The translations under genes and the position numbers were made by a program. A stretch of 64,000 nucleotides of DNA, from assembly GCA_963761335.1 (NCBI GenBank), contig CAVXGR010000012.1:128001-192000 (forward strand). The letters run 5' to 3'. Positions 13,360-23,348 of the stretch are shown here, one piece after another. Below the pieces are notes generated by a model that was not told the DNA's origin, did no database searches, and worked only from the letters and a program-made list of their open reading frames with translations. How positions within the stretch are numbered: position 1 is the stretch's first letter; each line of letters starts with the position of its first letter. This stretch comes from an uncultured delta proteobacterium (GTDB lineage Bacteria; Desulfobacterota; Binatia; HRBIN30; BPIQ01).

Positions 13360-15417
13360 ATGTACTGCGATTTCTACAACCTCGTCGAGAAGCCGTTCAA
13401 CGTCACTCCGGATCCGAAGTTCCTCTATCTGAACGCCCGCTACCGCGAGGCCCTGGCCTCGCTGCACTACGGCATCACCGAGAGGAAGGGGTTCGTCACC
13501 CTGATCGGCGAAGCCGGCACCGGCAAGACGACCCTGCTCAACAAGCTGCTCGACCAGCTCGACCCGAAGACGAAGACGATCCTGATCTTCAACACCAACG
13601 TCTCCTTCGAGGACATTCTCGAGTACATCTTCACCGAGTTCGACCTGCCGGTGCACAGCGGCAAGAAGCTCTACCTGCTGCAGCGCCTCAACGCCTTCTT
13701 GCTCGAGGAGCTGCGCGGCGGCGGCAACGTGGCGCTGCTCATCGACGAGGCCCAGGATCTCGAGTTCTCGGTGCTCGAGGACCTGCGCCTGCTGTCCAAC
13801 CTGGAGACCGCCAAGGAGAAGATCCTGCAGATCATCCTCACCGGCCAGCCGGAGCTCGGGCAGAAGCTGAGCAGCCCGGGCCTGCGGCAGCTGCGCCAGC
13901 GCATCGCCGTCAACTGCCGACTGCTGCCGCTGTCGCGCGAGGAGATGAGCGAGTACATCCAGTACCGCCTGCAGGCCGCCGGCTGCACCGACCTCAAGGT
14001 TTTTAGCCGCGAGGCCGAGGATCGCGTCTGGGAGCTGTCGCGCGGTATCCCGCGACTGGTGAACGTCGTCTGCGACAATGCCCTGGTGATCGGCTACGCC
14101 CTCGGCAAGAAGCGCATCGGCGCCGATGTCGTCAACGAGGCCGCCACCGACATGATCGCGGCCCTGCCGGACGCAGTGCCGATCGAGGTCGGCGAGCCGG
14201 CTGCCGACGCCGTCGCGCCGACGGGAGAACTGGAGGAGGCGGCGGCACCGCTGCCGCCGGGGCGCGCGCGCGGCACCTGGGCGATCTTCGCGGTGGTTGG
14301 CGTGGCGCTGCTGGTCGGACTGATCTCCATGGGGCGCAGCATGTTGCGGGAGCAGAGTGAGGCGGTGAACGCCGCCCTGCCGCCGTCGCCCCGCGCCGTG
14401 ATGCGTCCCGGCAGCGACAGCAGCGACCTGCCGCCGGTGGCCGTCGGCCTCGGCTCCGACCCATCCGAGTCGCGCCTGAAGCGGCCGCAGATGAACGGCC
14501 GGCCGGCACCGGCGGCCGAGGAGCCGCCGCGCCGTCCGGAGCAGGCAGCTCCGGACGCACCGCTGCTGGCCCCGGCGGCGCCGCCTCCGGCGGCACAGCC
14601 CCTGGCGAGAAACGGCGCAGAGCCGGCTCCGGCTGCGGCCGAGCCCGGCGTCGCCGAAGCGGGCCTGCCGGCCGCGGAAATGCCCGCTGCCGCGCCAGCG
14701 GTTGGAGACGCCATCGACGCGCCGGCCGCCGCCGCGCCTGCGGGCGCCGCGGAGAACACCCCGGTCCCGCCGGCGGCGCAGGAGCCGCGGCCGGCGGCCG
14801 GCGCCATCGACGTCGATCCACCTGCGAAGGCGGAGCCGCCGAGCAACGCCGCCGATGCGCCGGCGGCAACGGCGCAGCTGGCCGCCGTCGAGCCGGAGAG
14901 GGCGGAGTGGCCGAGCGCGAAGCCGGAAGCCGCTGCCATCGAGAAGGGCCTCACCTACCACCTGGTCGGACAGCGCTTCGATGAGGTGCCGGTACACGAC
15001 GGCGACTCGATCGGACAGATCGCCATCCAGAAGTACGGGCAGGCGAGCTACACCGTCCTCGATCTCCTCAAGCTGGCCAATCCCGACGTCGCCGACATCG
15101 ACCGCATCTCCGTCGGCCAGCAGATCTCCCTGCCCCAGCTGAGCCGCGGCTTCTCGGTGCTCGCCGACGACCGCGGCCAGTACGGAGTTCTGGTGCAGTC
15201 GTCGGTGTCGGCGTCGCGCGCCAAGGCGCTGGCACAGGCGCTGCGGACCAAGGGATACGGCGCCCGTGTGGAGCTGGCGCGCATCGGCGCCGAGAAGAGC
15301 GTCTACCGCGTGCTCATCGGCTCGCTGCCGTCGGAGAGCGTGGCGGCGGGAGTGGGGCAGGAGATCGAGCGCGCCTTCCGGGACGACGAGCGACTGGCGC
15401 GCCTCGCCCGCTACTAG
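13360..15417 (+). CDS. ExeA/GspA-family AAA ATPase with TM helix, Pro/Ala linker, LysM-like and SPOR domains
   Basis: MYCDFYNLVEKPFNVTPDPKFLY, GEAGTGKTT, LLIDEAQ, LRQLRQRI, GIPRLVNVVCDNAL; GDSIGQIA...ANPDV...VGQQISLP; C-terminal YRVLIG. Confidence 0.9.
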   Translation: MYCDFYNLVEKPFNVTPDPKFLYLNARYREALASLHYGITERKGFVTLIGEAGTGKTTLLNKLLDQLDPKTKTILIFNTNVSFEDILEYIFTEFDLPVHSGKKLYLLQRLNAFLLEELRGGGNVALLIDEAQDLEFSVLEDLRLLSNLETAKEKILQIILTGQPELGQKLSSPGLRQLRQRIAVNCRLLPLSREEMSEYIQYRLQAAGCTDLKVFSREAEDRVWELSRGIPRLVNVVCDNALVIGYALGKKRIGADVVNEAATDMIAALPDAVPIEVGEPAADAVAPTGELEEAAAPLPPGRARGTWAIFAVVGVALLVGLISMGRSMLREQSEAVNAALPPSPRAVMRPGSDSSDLPPVAVGLGSDPSESRLKRPQMNGRPAPAAEEPPRRPEQAAPDAPLLAPAAPPPAAQPLARNGAEPAPAAAEPGVAEAGLPAAEMPAAAPAVGDAIDAPAAAAPAGAAENTPVPPAAQEPRPAAGAIDVDPPAKAEPPSNAADAPAATAQLAAVEPERAEWPSAKPEAAAIEKGLTYHLVGQRFDEVPVHDGDSIGQIAIQKYGQASYTVLDLLKLANPDVADIDRISVGQQISLPQLSRGFSVLADDRGQYGVLVQSSVSASRAKALAQALRTKGYGARVELARIGAEKSVYRVLIGSLPSESVAAGVGQEIERAFRDDERLARLARY

Positions 15418-15431
15418 GACGACGGAGGAGA

Positions 15432-15950
15432 ATGCGCGTGCTCGAGTTCGGACACAACCGGCACCAGTGGTTCGTCGTGCACACCAAGGTGCGCAAGGAA
15501 GAGTACGCCCGCTGGCAGCTGGCGCGACGCGGCATCGCGACCTTCCTGCCGTGGATTCTCCATCCATCGCGCTTCACCACCGAGAATGTTCTGGCGCCGC
15601 TGTTTCCGAGCTACCTGTTTGCCCACCTCGACCTGGAGGAGCAGTACTGGGACGTCGCCTGGGCTCCCGGGGTGCGCCGCCTCGTCGGCTTCGGCGAGGG
15701 GGCTTCGCCCGTCGAGCCGGCGATCATCGACTTCCTGCGCGAACGCGCCGATCACGAGGGCGTGGTGCGCGTGTTTCCGACGTTCCACCAGGGCGACGTT
15801 GTGCGGATCAAGCAAGGTCCGCTCGCCGGCCTCGTGGGCATCATTGAACACCCGTGCAGTGGACGCGGTCGGGTTCAAGTCTTGATGGAGTTGCTGCGGC
15901 GCCAGACGCGAGTCGAGGTGCCGGAGGAGTTATTGGATCGCGTCGTCTGA
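15432..15950 (+). CDS. Specialised NusG paralog (RfaH/UpxY-type antiterminator)
   Basis: WFVVHTK, PLFPSYLF, KOW motif GDVVRIKQGPLAGLVG; GGAG RBS. Confidence 0.9.
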   Translation: MRVLEFGHNRHQWFVVHTKVRKEEYARWQLARRGIATFLPWILHPSRFTTENVLAPLFPSYLFAHLDLEEQYWDVAWAPGVRRLVGFGEGASPVEPAIIDFLRERADHEGVVRVFPTFHQGDVVRIKQGPLAGLVGIIEHPCSGRGRVQVLMELLRRQTRVEVPEELLDRVV

Positions 15951-16194
15951 GCAGTTCCTGATCCGTCGCTGAAAGAAGGGGGGTTCGGCACCACGCGCTC
16001 GGCGTCATCGACGCCGGCCGCCGTCCAGTGCGCCGATCGCTCCCCGTCGCCTCGGGCGGGAACCTCATTGGGAAAGAGAGGGACGGTTCGCTGCGCCTCA
16101 TCCTTTGCGAATGCAGGGGTGGAGGCACGGCAAACCGATACGGCGGAGCTATGTACACGATCAGCACATACGACAGCACCCGGGGATGGTGGAG

Positions 16195-18006
16195 ATGAGC
16201 GAGCCGCGCGAGTCGCTTCCGTTCTTGCGGGCGATCCTCGGGGGGTTGTGGGGCGGCGCCGTCGCCGGTCTCGCCGAGGCCGCGGTGGTGGCCAGCACCT
16301 CCGGCGCACTGCCCGAGTACCAGTTTCTCCCCTATGCGGTCATCGGCTACGCGCTCCTCGGGGCCCTCATGGGCGCCGGCATCGGCGTGCTCGTGTGGCT
16401 GGTGCGCGGCGCCCTCGATCGAATGCTGCCGGCCTTCGGCCTCGGCGCCGGCCTGAGCTTTGCGGCGCTGGCGTTCGTCGTCGGGCGCTATCACGTCAAC
16501 CAGCTCTTCTTCCACGAGGAGCTGAGTCCATGGAGCGCCTCGGGAGCGGCCGCCTATCTGGGACTGCTCGGCTTCGGGGCCGCGGGCCTGGTCGCCGCGC
16601 TGATCGCCGGCCGGCAGCTGCGCGAGGGGCGTTACCGCCTCGCGGCAGCCGCAGGGGCGCTGCTGGCGCTGTTCGTCGTCGCCCTCGCCATCGGCCGCTC
16701 GAAGGTGGCCTCCGACACGCTGATCGGTCCCGGACCGGCGACCGCGGCCCAGGGCCCGGCTCCCAACGTCATTCTCATCATCGCCGACACGCTGCGCGCC
16801 GACGCCCTCTCGGCCTATGGGGGCCGCAATCAGACACCTCACATCGACCGGCTGGCGTCCGCCGGCGTGCGCTTCGCACACGCCTACGCACAGGCCTCGT
16901 GGACGCGGCCGTCGATCGCCACGATTCTCACCTCGCTGCTGCCGTCCTCGCACGGCGCCACCCACAAGACCTCGCTGCTTCCCGACCGCGTCGAGACGGT
17001 GGCCGAGGCCTTTCGCGGCGCCGGCTACTGGACCACCGGCTACGTGAGCAACATCAACATCGCCCCGGTCTTCAACTTTCAGCAGGGTTTCGCCGAGTAC
17101 ACCTACCTGCCGCCCGACTTCTATTTCTGGGCGAGCGACTCCTCGGCGCGCCTGGCGCTCTATCAGACGCTGCGCATGCTGCGCGAGCGCTTCTTGGCGA
17201 CCCGCATCTTCGCGGCGAACTTCTACAAGGACGCCGATCAGGTCACCCGTCACACCGTCGACTGGATCGATCGCCAGCCGCGGGAGCCGTTCTTTCTCCT
17301 CGTGCACTACATGGATCCGCACGATCCCTACTTCGAGATTCCCTACGATGGGCGGGGAGTGGCGCGGGTCACCAACCCGAGCCCTGCGGTCTCCCGCCGC
17401 GACGAGCTGCACGATCTCTACCTGGAGGACGTCCGCTATCTCGACGGCTTCATCGGCAAGCTCTGGGAGGAGCTGAAGGCGAAGGGGCTCTACGACAACA
17501 CCATGATCGTGCTGACCGCCGATCACGGCGAGGAGTTCCTCGAGCACGGCGGCTGGTGGCACGGCACGACTCTCTACGAAGAGCAGCTCCACGTGCCGCT
17601 GATCGTCAAGCGGCCGCACGAGAGCCAGCCGGGTACGGTCGTCGACACGGCGGTGCGCAGCCTCGACATTGCGCCGACCATGCTGGCCACCGCCGGAGTG
17701 CGCGTGCCGGCCACGTACGAAGGGCGAAACCTCTTCGGCGCGGCGGCGGCCCCGGACGTGCTGCTCGCCGAGACCGACCTCGAGGGCAATATCCTCGCCT
17801 CGGTGCGCATCGCCGACTGGAAGCTGATCACCGCCAATGAGAATAACCCGCGGCAGCTTCAGCCGGTCGAGCTGTACGACCTGGCGCAGGATCCGGCCGA
17901 GAAGCGGAACCTGGCCGAGGCCGAGCCGCAGCGGGTCAACGACATGCTCGCGGCACTCTCCCGCCAGCGCGGCATCGTCGGGCCACAGGGTGCCACCGGA
18001 CGCTGA
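16195..18006 (+). CDS. Membrane-anchored sulfatase-like hydrolase/transferase
   Basis: About 5 TM segments, then PNVILIIADTLRAD, SWTRPS, HYMDPHDPY, ADHGEEF. Confidence 0.88.
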   Translation: MSEPRESLPFLRAILGGLWGGAVAGLAEAAVVASTSGALPEYQFLPYAVIGYALLGALMGAGIGVLVWLVRGALDRMLPAFGLGAGLSFAALAFVVGRYHVNQLFFHEELSPWSASGAAAYLGLLGFGAAGLVAALIAGRQLREGRYRLAAAAGALLALFVVALAIGRSKVASDTLIGPGPATAAQGPAPNVILIIADTLRADALSAYGGRNQTPHIDRLASAGVRFAHAYAQASWTRPSIATILTSLLPSSHGATHKTSLLPDRVETVAEAFRGAGYWTTGYVSNINIAPVFNFQQGFAEYTYLPPDFYFWASDSSARLALYQTLRMLRERFLATRIFAANFYKDADQVTRHTVDWIDRQPREPFFLLVHYMDPHDPYFEIPYDGRGVARVTNPSPAVSRRDELHDLYLEDVRYLDGFIGKLWEELKAKGLYDNTMIVLTADHGEEFLEHGGWWHGTTLYEEQLHVPLIVKRPHESQPGTVVDTAVRSLDIAPTMLATAGVRVPATYEGRNLFGAAAAPDVLLAETDLEGNILASVRIADWKLITANENNPRQLQPVELYDLAQDPAEKRNLAEAEPQRVNDMLAALSRQRGIVGPQGATGR

Positions 18007-18007
18007 C

Positions 18008-19669
18008 ATGCTGCTGGTCATCGGCCTCGACGGGGGCACATTCGATCTCGCCGGTCCCTGGATGGATGCGGGGAAGCTGCCGGCGCTGGCGCGCCTGCGC
18101 CGGCAGGGGCTGTGGGGCGAGCTGCGCTCCACGGTGCCGCCGGCGACCATGCCGAGCTGGACGTCGTTCATGACCGGCGTCAACCCGGGACGCCACGGCA
18201 TCTTCGACTTCACCCGCCGCGTCGCCGGGACCTACGACGTCGCCTTCGTCAACAGCACCTTTCGCAAGGCACCCACCATCTGGCGGATGCTGAGCGATGC
18301 CGGCCGCCCGGTGGCCGTGCTGGGAATGCCGGGAACCTACCCGCCCGAGCCGATCAACGGCTGCATGGTCAGCGGCTTCGACGCCCCGGTCACCACTCGC
18401 GCCAACCGCTCGTTCATCCATCCCCCCGAGCTCGCCGACGAGGTGATGGGCGGCGGCGGCTTCTCCTTTGCCGACTTCCAGGAGTTCTATGTCGACGCCG
18501 CCTGGTACCCGAAGGCACTCGAGCGTCTGCTCCAAGGTATCTCTGCAAAGGGGAGATTGGCTCAGACGTTGCTTGCCCGCCAGGCCTGGGATTGTTTCGG
18601 GCTGGTCTTCGGAGAATCGGACACCGTGGCGCACCACTTTTGGCACCTCCATGACCGCGGTTCGCCGCGGCACGACGAGAGTCGGGCAAGCGCTCACGGC
18701 GATGCCATCGAGCGCGTCTACGCGGCGATCGACGGGGTGATCGAGAGCCTCATGCGGCAGGTGCCGGAGGCGGCGGTGCTGGTCGCATCCGATCACGGCT
18801 TCGGCGGCGCCGGCGACCGAGCCGTGCATCTGAATCGCTGGCTCGCCGGGAGCGGATGGCTGCGCTTCGACAGCACCCGCCTCGGCGGCGGCTTGGGCTT
18901 GGCGGCGGCAGCCAAACGCGGGGCGCTGCGCCTAGTGCCGCCGGCCTGGCAGGCGTCGCTGTTTCGCAGCTTCAACGGGGCGATTGCCAACCGCCTGGAG
19001 TCGCGGGCGCGCTTCGCCGGCATCGACTGGAGCGGCACGCGTGCGTTCTCGGAAGAGCTCAACTATTTCCCCAGCATCTGGATCAACCGGTGCGGGCGCG
19101 ATCCGCTCGGCCAAGTCGCCGACGCCGACTACGACGCCGTGTGCGCGGCTCTGATGAGCGATCTGCTGGAATGGCGCGACGACACCTCCGGCGAGCGGCT
19201 GGTTCGGCGCGTCTGGCGGCGCGCCGACCTCTACCACGGCCCCTGTGTCGAGGGCGCCCCCGACCTGGTGCTCGAGCTGGAGGAGCCGCAGGGATACTCG
19301 TACTCGGTGCTGCCGAGCGGCGGCACCGCCGGTCCGGCGGTGCGCCGCATGGGAGTCGAGGAGCTGGTCGGGGGCAAGCGCTTCGGCATGAGCGGCAGCC
19401 ATCGCCCCAACGGCATGTATCTGCTCGCCGGTGCCGGAGCAGGGGCGGGCGAGGCCCGCTCCGCCGGCATCCTCGACATGGCTCCGACTATTCTGTCTCT
19501 CTGCGGCATGGTGCCGCCGGAGTGGATGGAGGGCTCCAGCGTCCTGCAGCCGGCGGAACGGCGAGCCTGGCTCCCAGAGGTGCCATGGGAAGGGCCGGAG
19601 CAGGTGTACGGAGCCGGGGACGAAGTGGTTCTCGAAGAGCGCCTGCGCGCCCTGGGATACATCGCATGA
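18008..19669 (+). CDS. Nucleotide pyrophosphatase/phosphodiesterase-family protein (alkaline phosphatase superfamily)
   Basis: VIGLDG, STVPPATMPSWTSFMTGVNPGRHG, DTVAHHFW, SDHGF, GSHR, RLRALGY. Confidence 0.88.
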   Translation: MLLVIGLDGGTFDLAGPWMDAGKLPALARLRRQGLWGELRSTVPPATMPSWTSFMTGVNPGRHGIFDFTRRVAGTYDVAFVNSTFRKAPTIWRMLSDAGRPVAVLGMPGTYPPEPINGCMVSGFDAPVTTRANRSFIHPPELADEVMGGGGFSFADFQEFYVDAAWYPKALERLLQGISAKGRLAQTLLARQAWDCFGLVFGESDTVAHHFWHLHDRGSPRHDESRASAHGDAIERVYAAIDGVIESLMRQVPEAAVLVASDHGFGGAGDRAVHLNRWLAGSGWLRFDSTRLGGGLGLAAAAKRGALRLVPPAWQASLFRSFNGAIANRLESRARFAGIDWSGTRAFSEELNYFPSIWINRCGRDPLGQVADADYDAVCAALMSDLLEWRDDTSGERLVRRVWRRADLYHGPCVEGAPDLVLELEEPQGYSYSVLPSGGTAGPAVRRMGVEELVGGKRFGMSGSHRPNGMYLLAGAGAGAGEARSAGILDMAPTILSLCGMVPPEWMEGSSVLQPAERRAWLPEVPWEGPEQVYGAGDEVVLEERLRALGYIA

Positions 19670-21003
19670 CCCCGCCCACCAGCGCGGCGCGCTACCGCAT
19701 CGCCATGGTGACTCCGGGACCGTTCCCGGCACCACGCGGCTCGCAGGTCCTGGTCCGCGAGCTGGCGGAGGCGCTGGCGAACGCCGGACACCGCGTCCAC
19801 GTGGTTGCCTACGGCGACGGCGACGGCAGCACCTTGCCTGCGGGCGTGGAGGTACACCGCACCCACGGCGTTTTTGCGGGCAGCGCTCTCTACGGTCCCG
19901 CGTGGCGGCGGCTGGGACCCAACCTGGCTCTGCTGGTCACCCTCTATCGGCTGGTTCGCGACGCCGGCATCGAGGTCATCCACGCCCACAACTACGAGGC
20001 GCCGGTGCTGGCGTACGTGGTGCGGGCGCTCACCGGCGTCCCCGTGGTGTACCACGGCCACAACGTCATGAGCGACGAGCTCGAGCGCTACTTCGAGAGC
20101 CGCGCGGGGAAGTGGGCGGCGTCGCGGCTCGGGCGCGCCCTCGACCGCAGCGTGCCGCGGCACGCCGACTACGTGGTGGCGCTGTCGCAGCCGATGGCGG
20201 ACTTCCTGCGCGACAACGGCGTCGGTGACCGGCAGATGGCGGTCATCCCGCCGGGAGTCTCGGTGGATCTCGAGGCGGCTCCGGTTGCGGCTCACCCCGA
20301 TCCCTATCCGGGATCGAAGGTGATCGTCTACGCCGGCAATCTCGACCCGTATCAGGACCTGCGCACGCTGGTGCGCGCCATGGTGGAGATTCGCCGGGCC
20401 GAGCCGCAGGCCCTGCTGGTCATCGCCACGCATGCCGCAGACGAGTGGATTGCCCCGGCCGTGGCCCGGCTCGGTCTGACCGACGCGGTGCGGGTGGTCT
20501 TGGCCTCGGACTTCGACGGCGTGCGGGCTCTGCTGCAGCGCGCCGACCTGCTCGTCTGCCCGCGAACCTCCTGGTCGGGCTTCCCGATCAAGCTGCTGAA
20601 CTACATGGCCGCCGGGCGGGCGATCGTCATCGCCGCCGGCGCCGCCGCCGCGGTGCAGAACGGGCCGATGGTGGTGGTGCCAAACGGCAGCCCGAGCTGT
20701 CTGGCTGCCGCCGTGGTGGCAACCCTGCGGGACCCGGCCGGCCGTTCCCGCCTCGGCGAGGAGGCCCGCCGCCTGGCCGCCGCCGCCTTCTCCTGGCCCC
20801 GACTTCTGCCGCGCTTCGAGGAGGTTTATCGGACCGTGGTGAAAACCCCTCCGGAGGCCTCGGACCACATGCCGGAACGCAAAAAAGTGTTGCAAAAAAG
20901 GGGCGCTTGGGAGTTGATGGGAAAGGCCCGAGGCCGTATAAGCCCGGCGCGGGCAGGTTTGGTGGAACAGTCGAATATGGTTGAAAATGTCAAAAGCCTG
21001 TAA
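19666..21003 (+). CDS. Glycosyltransferase family 4
   Basis: FPAPRGSQV, IHAHNYE, YAGNLDPYQ, GFPIKLLNYMAAG. Confidence 0.88.
   Translation: MTPPTSAARYRIAMVTPGPFPAPRGSQVLVRELAEALANAGHRVHVVAYGDGDGSTLPAGVEVHRTHGVFAGSALYGPAWRRLGPNLALLVTLYRLVRDAGIEVIHAHNYEAPVLAYVVRALTGVPVVYHGHNVMSDELERYFESRAGKWAASRLGRALDRSVPRHADYVVALSQPMADFLRDNGVGDRQMAVIPPGVSVDLEAAPVAAHPDPYPGSKVIVYAGNLDPYQDLRTLVRAMVEIRRAEPQALLVIATHAADEWIAPAVARLGLTDAVRVVLASDFDGVRALLQRADLLVCPRTSWSGFPIKLLNYMAAGRAIVIAAGAAAAVQNGPMVVVPNGSPSCLAAAVVATLRDPAGRSRLGEEARRLAAAAFSWPRLLPRFEEVYRTVVKTPPEASDHMPERKKVLQKRGAWELMGKARGRISPARAGLVEQSNMVENVKSL
20914..20942 (+). promoter_or_regulatory. Putative internal sigma70 promoter for the wza-wzc block
   Basis: TTGATG-N17-TATAAG with an A-rich upstream tract, 45 bp before the wza ATG. 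Confidence 0.45.
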
Positions 21004-21703
21004 GTCTCTGTCCGAATATATCGCTCCGCTTTTCGCTGCCGCTCTGCTCTGTGCAATCGCTGGCTGCGGCAGCAGGCAGCCGCCTCCACAGCCATTGCCA
21101 CCGCTCGATTCGGTGCGCATCGGTTCGCCCACGACCGAGTACCGCGTGCAGCCGGGAGACGTGCTGCGCATCAAGTTTGCCTACCATCCGGAGCACGACA
21201 TTCGCTTGCCGGTTCGACCCGACGGCAAGATCACCCTGGACATCGCCGGGGAGATCGACGCCGCTGGGATGACCACCGACGATCTCGCCTCGGTGATCAA
21301 AGCGCGATCCTCGCATCGCCTGCGGGATCCCGAAGTCACCGTCATCGTCGCCCAGCTCGGCGAGCAGAAGGTGTATGTCGGTGGCGAGGTGCGCATCCCC
21401 GGCTTCGTTCCCTTCCGTCCCGGAATGACACCGATGCAGGCGATCCTCGACCGCGGCGGTCCTACCGATACCGCCCGCCTGGACAGCGTGCTGTACATCC
21501 GGCCCGCGGTGCAGGGAGACTACCAGGCCATGCGACTCGATCTGACGGAGGTGGTGGATCACGGAGTTGCCGAGCCGGTGACCCTCGCGGCCAACGACGT
21601 CATCTACGTTCCTCGAAGCTGGGTGGGCGACGCCGGCAACTTCGTCCAGCTCTACATCCGCAATCTGTTACCGATTCAACCGCGCTTCGGATTTGCGCCG
21701 TGA
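20987..21703 (+). CDS. wza: Polysaccharide export lipoprotein (OPX/Wza family, short form)
   Basis: Lipobox IAGC, YRVQPGDVLRI, VRPDGKI, VYVGGEVRIPG, LAANDVIYVP. Confidence 0.9.
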   Translation: MSKACKSLSEYIAPLFAAALLCAIAGCGSRQPPPQPLPPLDSVRIGSPTTEYRVQPGDVLRIKFAYHPEHDIRLPVRPDGKITLDIAGEIDAAGMTTDDLASVIKARSSHRLRDPEVTVIVAQLGEQKVYVGGEVRIPGFVPFRPGMTPMQAILDRGGPTDTARLDSVLYIRPAVQGDYQAMRLDLTEVVDHGVAEPVTLAANDVIYVPRSWVGDAGNFVQLYIRNLLPIQPRFGFAP

Positions 21704-21730
21704 TCATTCGCTAGGAGAGAGCTAGAGCTC

Positions 21731-23332
21731 ATGGCCACCGAAGTTTCGAACGGGCGCACGTACGCCAATGGCAATGGCAGTGGCAATGGCCACGGCAACG
21801 GCAATGGCAATGGATATGGCAACGGCAATGGCGGCAGCGACTTCAACGTCAACGAGCAGATTCGAGAAATTCTGCACGTCCTTTTCAAGCGCTGGCGCCT
21901 GGCCGCCATCCTCTTCCTCGCCGTGGCTCTGCCCGGCCTGGCTCTCACGGCGCTGCGGCCGAGGAGCTACGTCGCCAGCGCCAAGGTCCTGATCACCACG
22001 CAGAGATCCGACCTCTCCCTGCAGCCGACCGACCTCAACCATCTGGTCGACACGCGCCTGAACGAGTCGGTGGTCAACTCCGAGGTGCACATCATCAGCA
22101 GCCGCGAGCTCCTGGAGAGCGTCGCGCACGATCTCCTCCTCGGCAATCAGGCGGTGGCGCGCGTCAGCAGCAACGCCAGCAGCAACATCGGCTATGGGAA
22201 CACCATCGACAAGTCGATGGGCCGCAAAGTCGGCTTGAAGGTCCTCGAGCTCGGCCGCACCGTGAGCGTCACGCCGATCAAGAACTCCAACGTCATCGAG
22301 GTCGACTATCGCTCCGCCGACCCGAAACGCGCCGCCATGGTTGTCAATCGGGTGATCGACGAGTACCTGGCGTACCATGCCCAGGTGCACGGCACCAAGG
22401 GGCTGACGCGCTTCTACGTCGATCAGCGCCACGCGCTCGAGCAGAACATGCGCGACGCCGAGCGCGCCCTCGAGGAGTTCGCCTCCCGCGAGGGGATCGC
22501 CGACCCCAAAGAGGAGATGGTCGCCAACGTCCGCGCCGTCGCCGACATGGAGGCGTCGCTGCGCCAAGCGACGGCGCAGATCAGCGGCACCGAGGAGAAG
22601 ATGCGCTCCATCGAGCAGCAGGTGGCCGAGCAACCGACGGTGATCAAGCGCCAGCAGTACATCGAGGTCAACCCGGTGGTCACGGCACTCACCTCGCAGC
22701 TGGTGGAGCGCCAGATCGACCGCATTGGCCTGCTGCGCAAGTACACCGACGAGGACCGGCTGGTGCGCGACAACGCTGCCGAGATCAACGTGCTGCAGTC
22801 GCGACTCCAGAAGGAGCAGCGCGACCACCCGACGGTCAACGGCCTCGAGGTCATGTCGCCGAATCCGCTGCGCGAAGAGCGCACCCGGCAGATGCTCGAC
22901 CTGGAGAGCAACCTGCGCGAGCTGCGGGCGCGGCGGGCGGTTCTCGAGGAGAATCTCAACACCGCCAACCGCCGCTTGGTGCAGCTGCGCACCAAGAGCC
23001 TGGAGTACAACCGTCTGGATCAGGACGTGCAGAGCTGGCGGACGACGTACGAGCTGTACGTGAAGCGCGAGGAAGAGGCGCGCGTCTCGGAAGCGATGGA
23101 CCAGGAGAAGATGGTCAACGTCGAGGTCGTGCAGCGTCCGGCGCTGCCGCTGCCGCGCTCCGACCGCCGGCAGAGCTCGGCGCTGCTGGTGCTCATCTCC
23201 GGCTTCATCGTCAGCCTCGGCGGCGCCTTCGGAGTCGAGTACTTCAACCGTTCGTTCACCTCCGAGCGCGACGTGGAGCGCTATCTCGGCCTGCCTCTGC
23301 TGGGGACCGTGGCGGAGACGCCGAAGGCGTAA
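21731..23332 (+). CDS. Polysaccharide co-polymerase/chain length determinant (Wzc/GumC membrane part)
   Basis: Two TM helices flanking a long coiled-coil; SNVIEVDYRSADP, VERYLGLPLLG. Confidence 0.88.
   Translation: MATEVSNGRTYANGNGSGNGHGNGNGNGYGNGNGGSDFNVNEQIREILHVLFKRWRLAAILFLAVALPGLALTALRPRSYVASAKVLITTQRSDLSLQPTDLNHLVDTRLNESVVNSEVHIISSRELLESVAHDLLLGNQAVARVSSNASSNIGYGNTIDKSMGRKVGLKVLELGRTVSVTPIKNSNVIEVDYRSADPKRAAMVVNRVIDEYLAYHAQVHGTKGLTRFYVDQRHALEQNMRDAERALEEFASREGIADPKEEMVANVRAVADMEASLRQATAQISGTEEKMRSIEQQVAEQPTVIKRQQYIEVNPVVTALTSQLVERQIDRIGLLRKYTDEDRLVRDNAAEINVLQSRLQKEQRDHPTVNGLEVMSPNPLREERTRQMLDLESNLRELRARRAVLEENLNTANRRLVQLRTKSLEYNRLDQDVQSWRTTYELYVKREEEARVSEAMDQEKMVNVEVVQRPALPLPRSDRRQSSALLVLISGFIVSLGGAFGVEYFNRSFTSERDVERYLGLPLLGTVAETPKA
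21767..21835 (+). repeat. Coding Asn-Gly hexanucleotide repeat (AAYGGC)n
   Basis: Encodes NGNGSGNGHGNGNGNGYGNGNGG. Confidence 0.85.
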
Positions 23333-23348
23333 GGCAGCGGGGGCGAGG

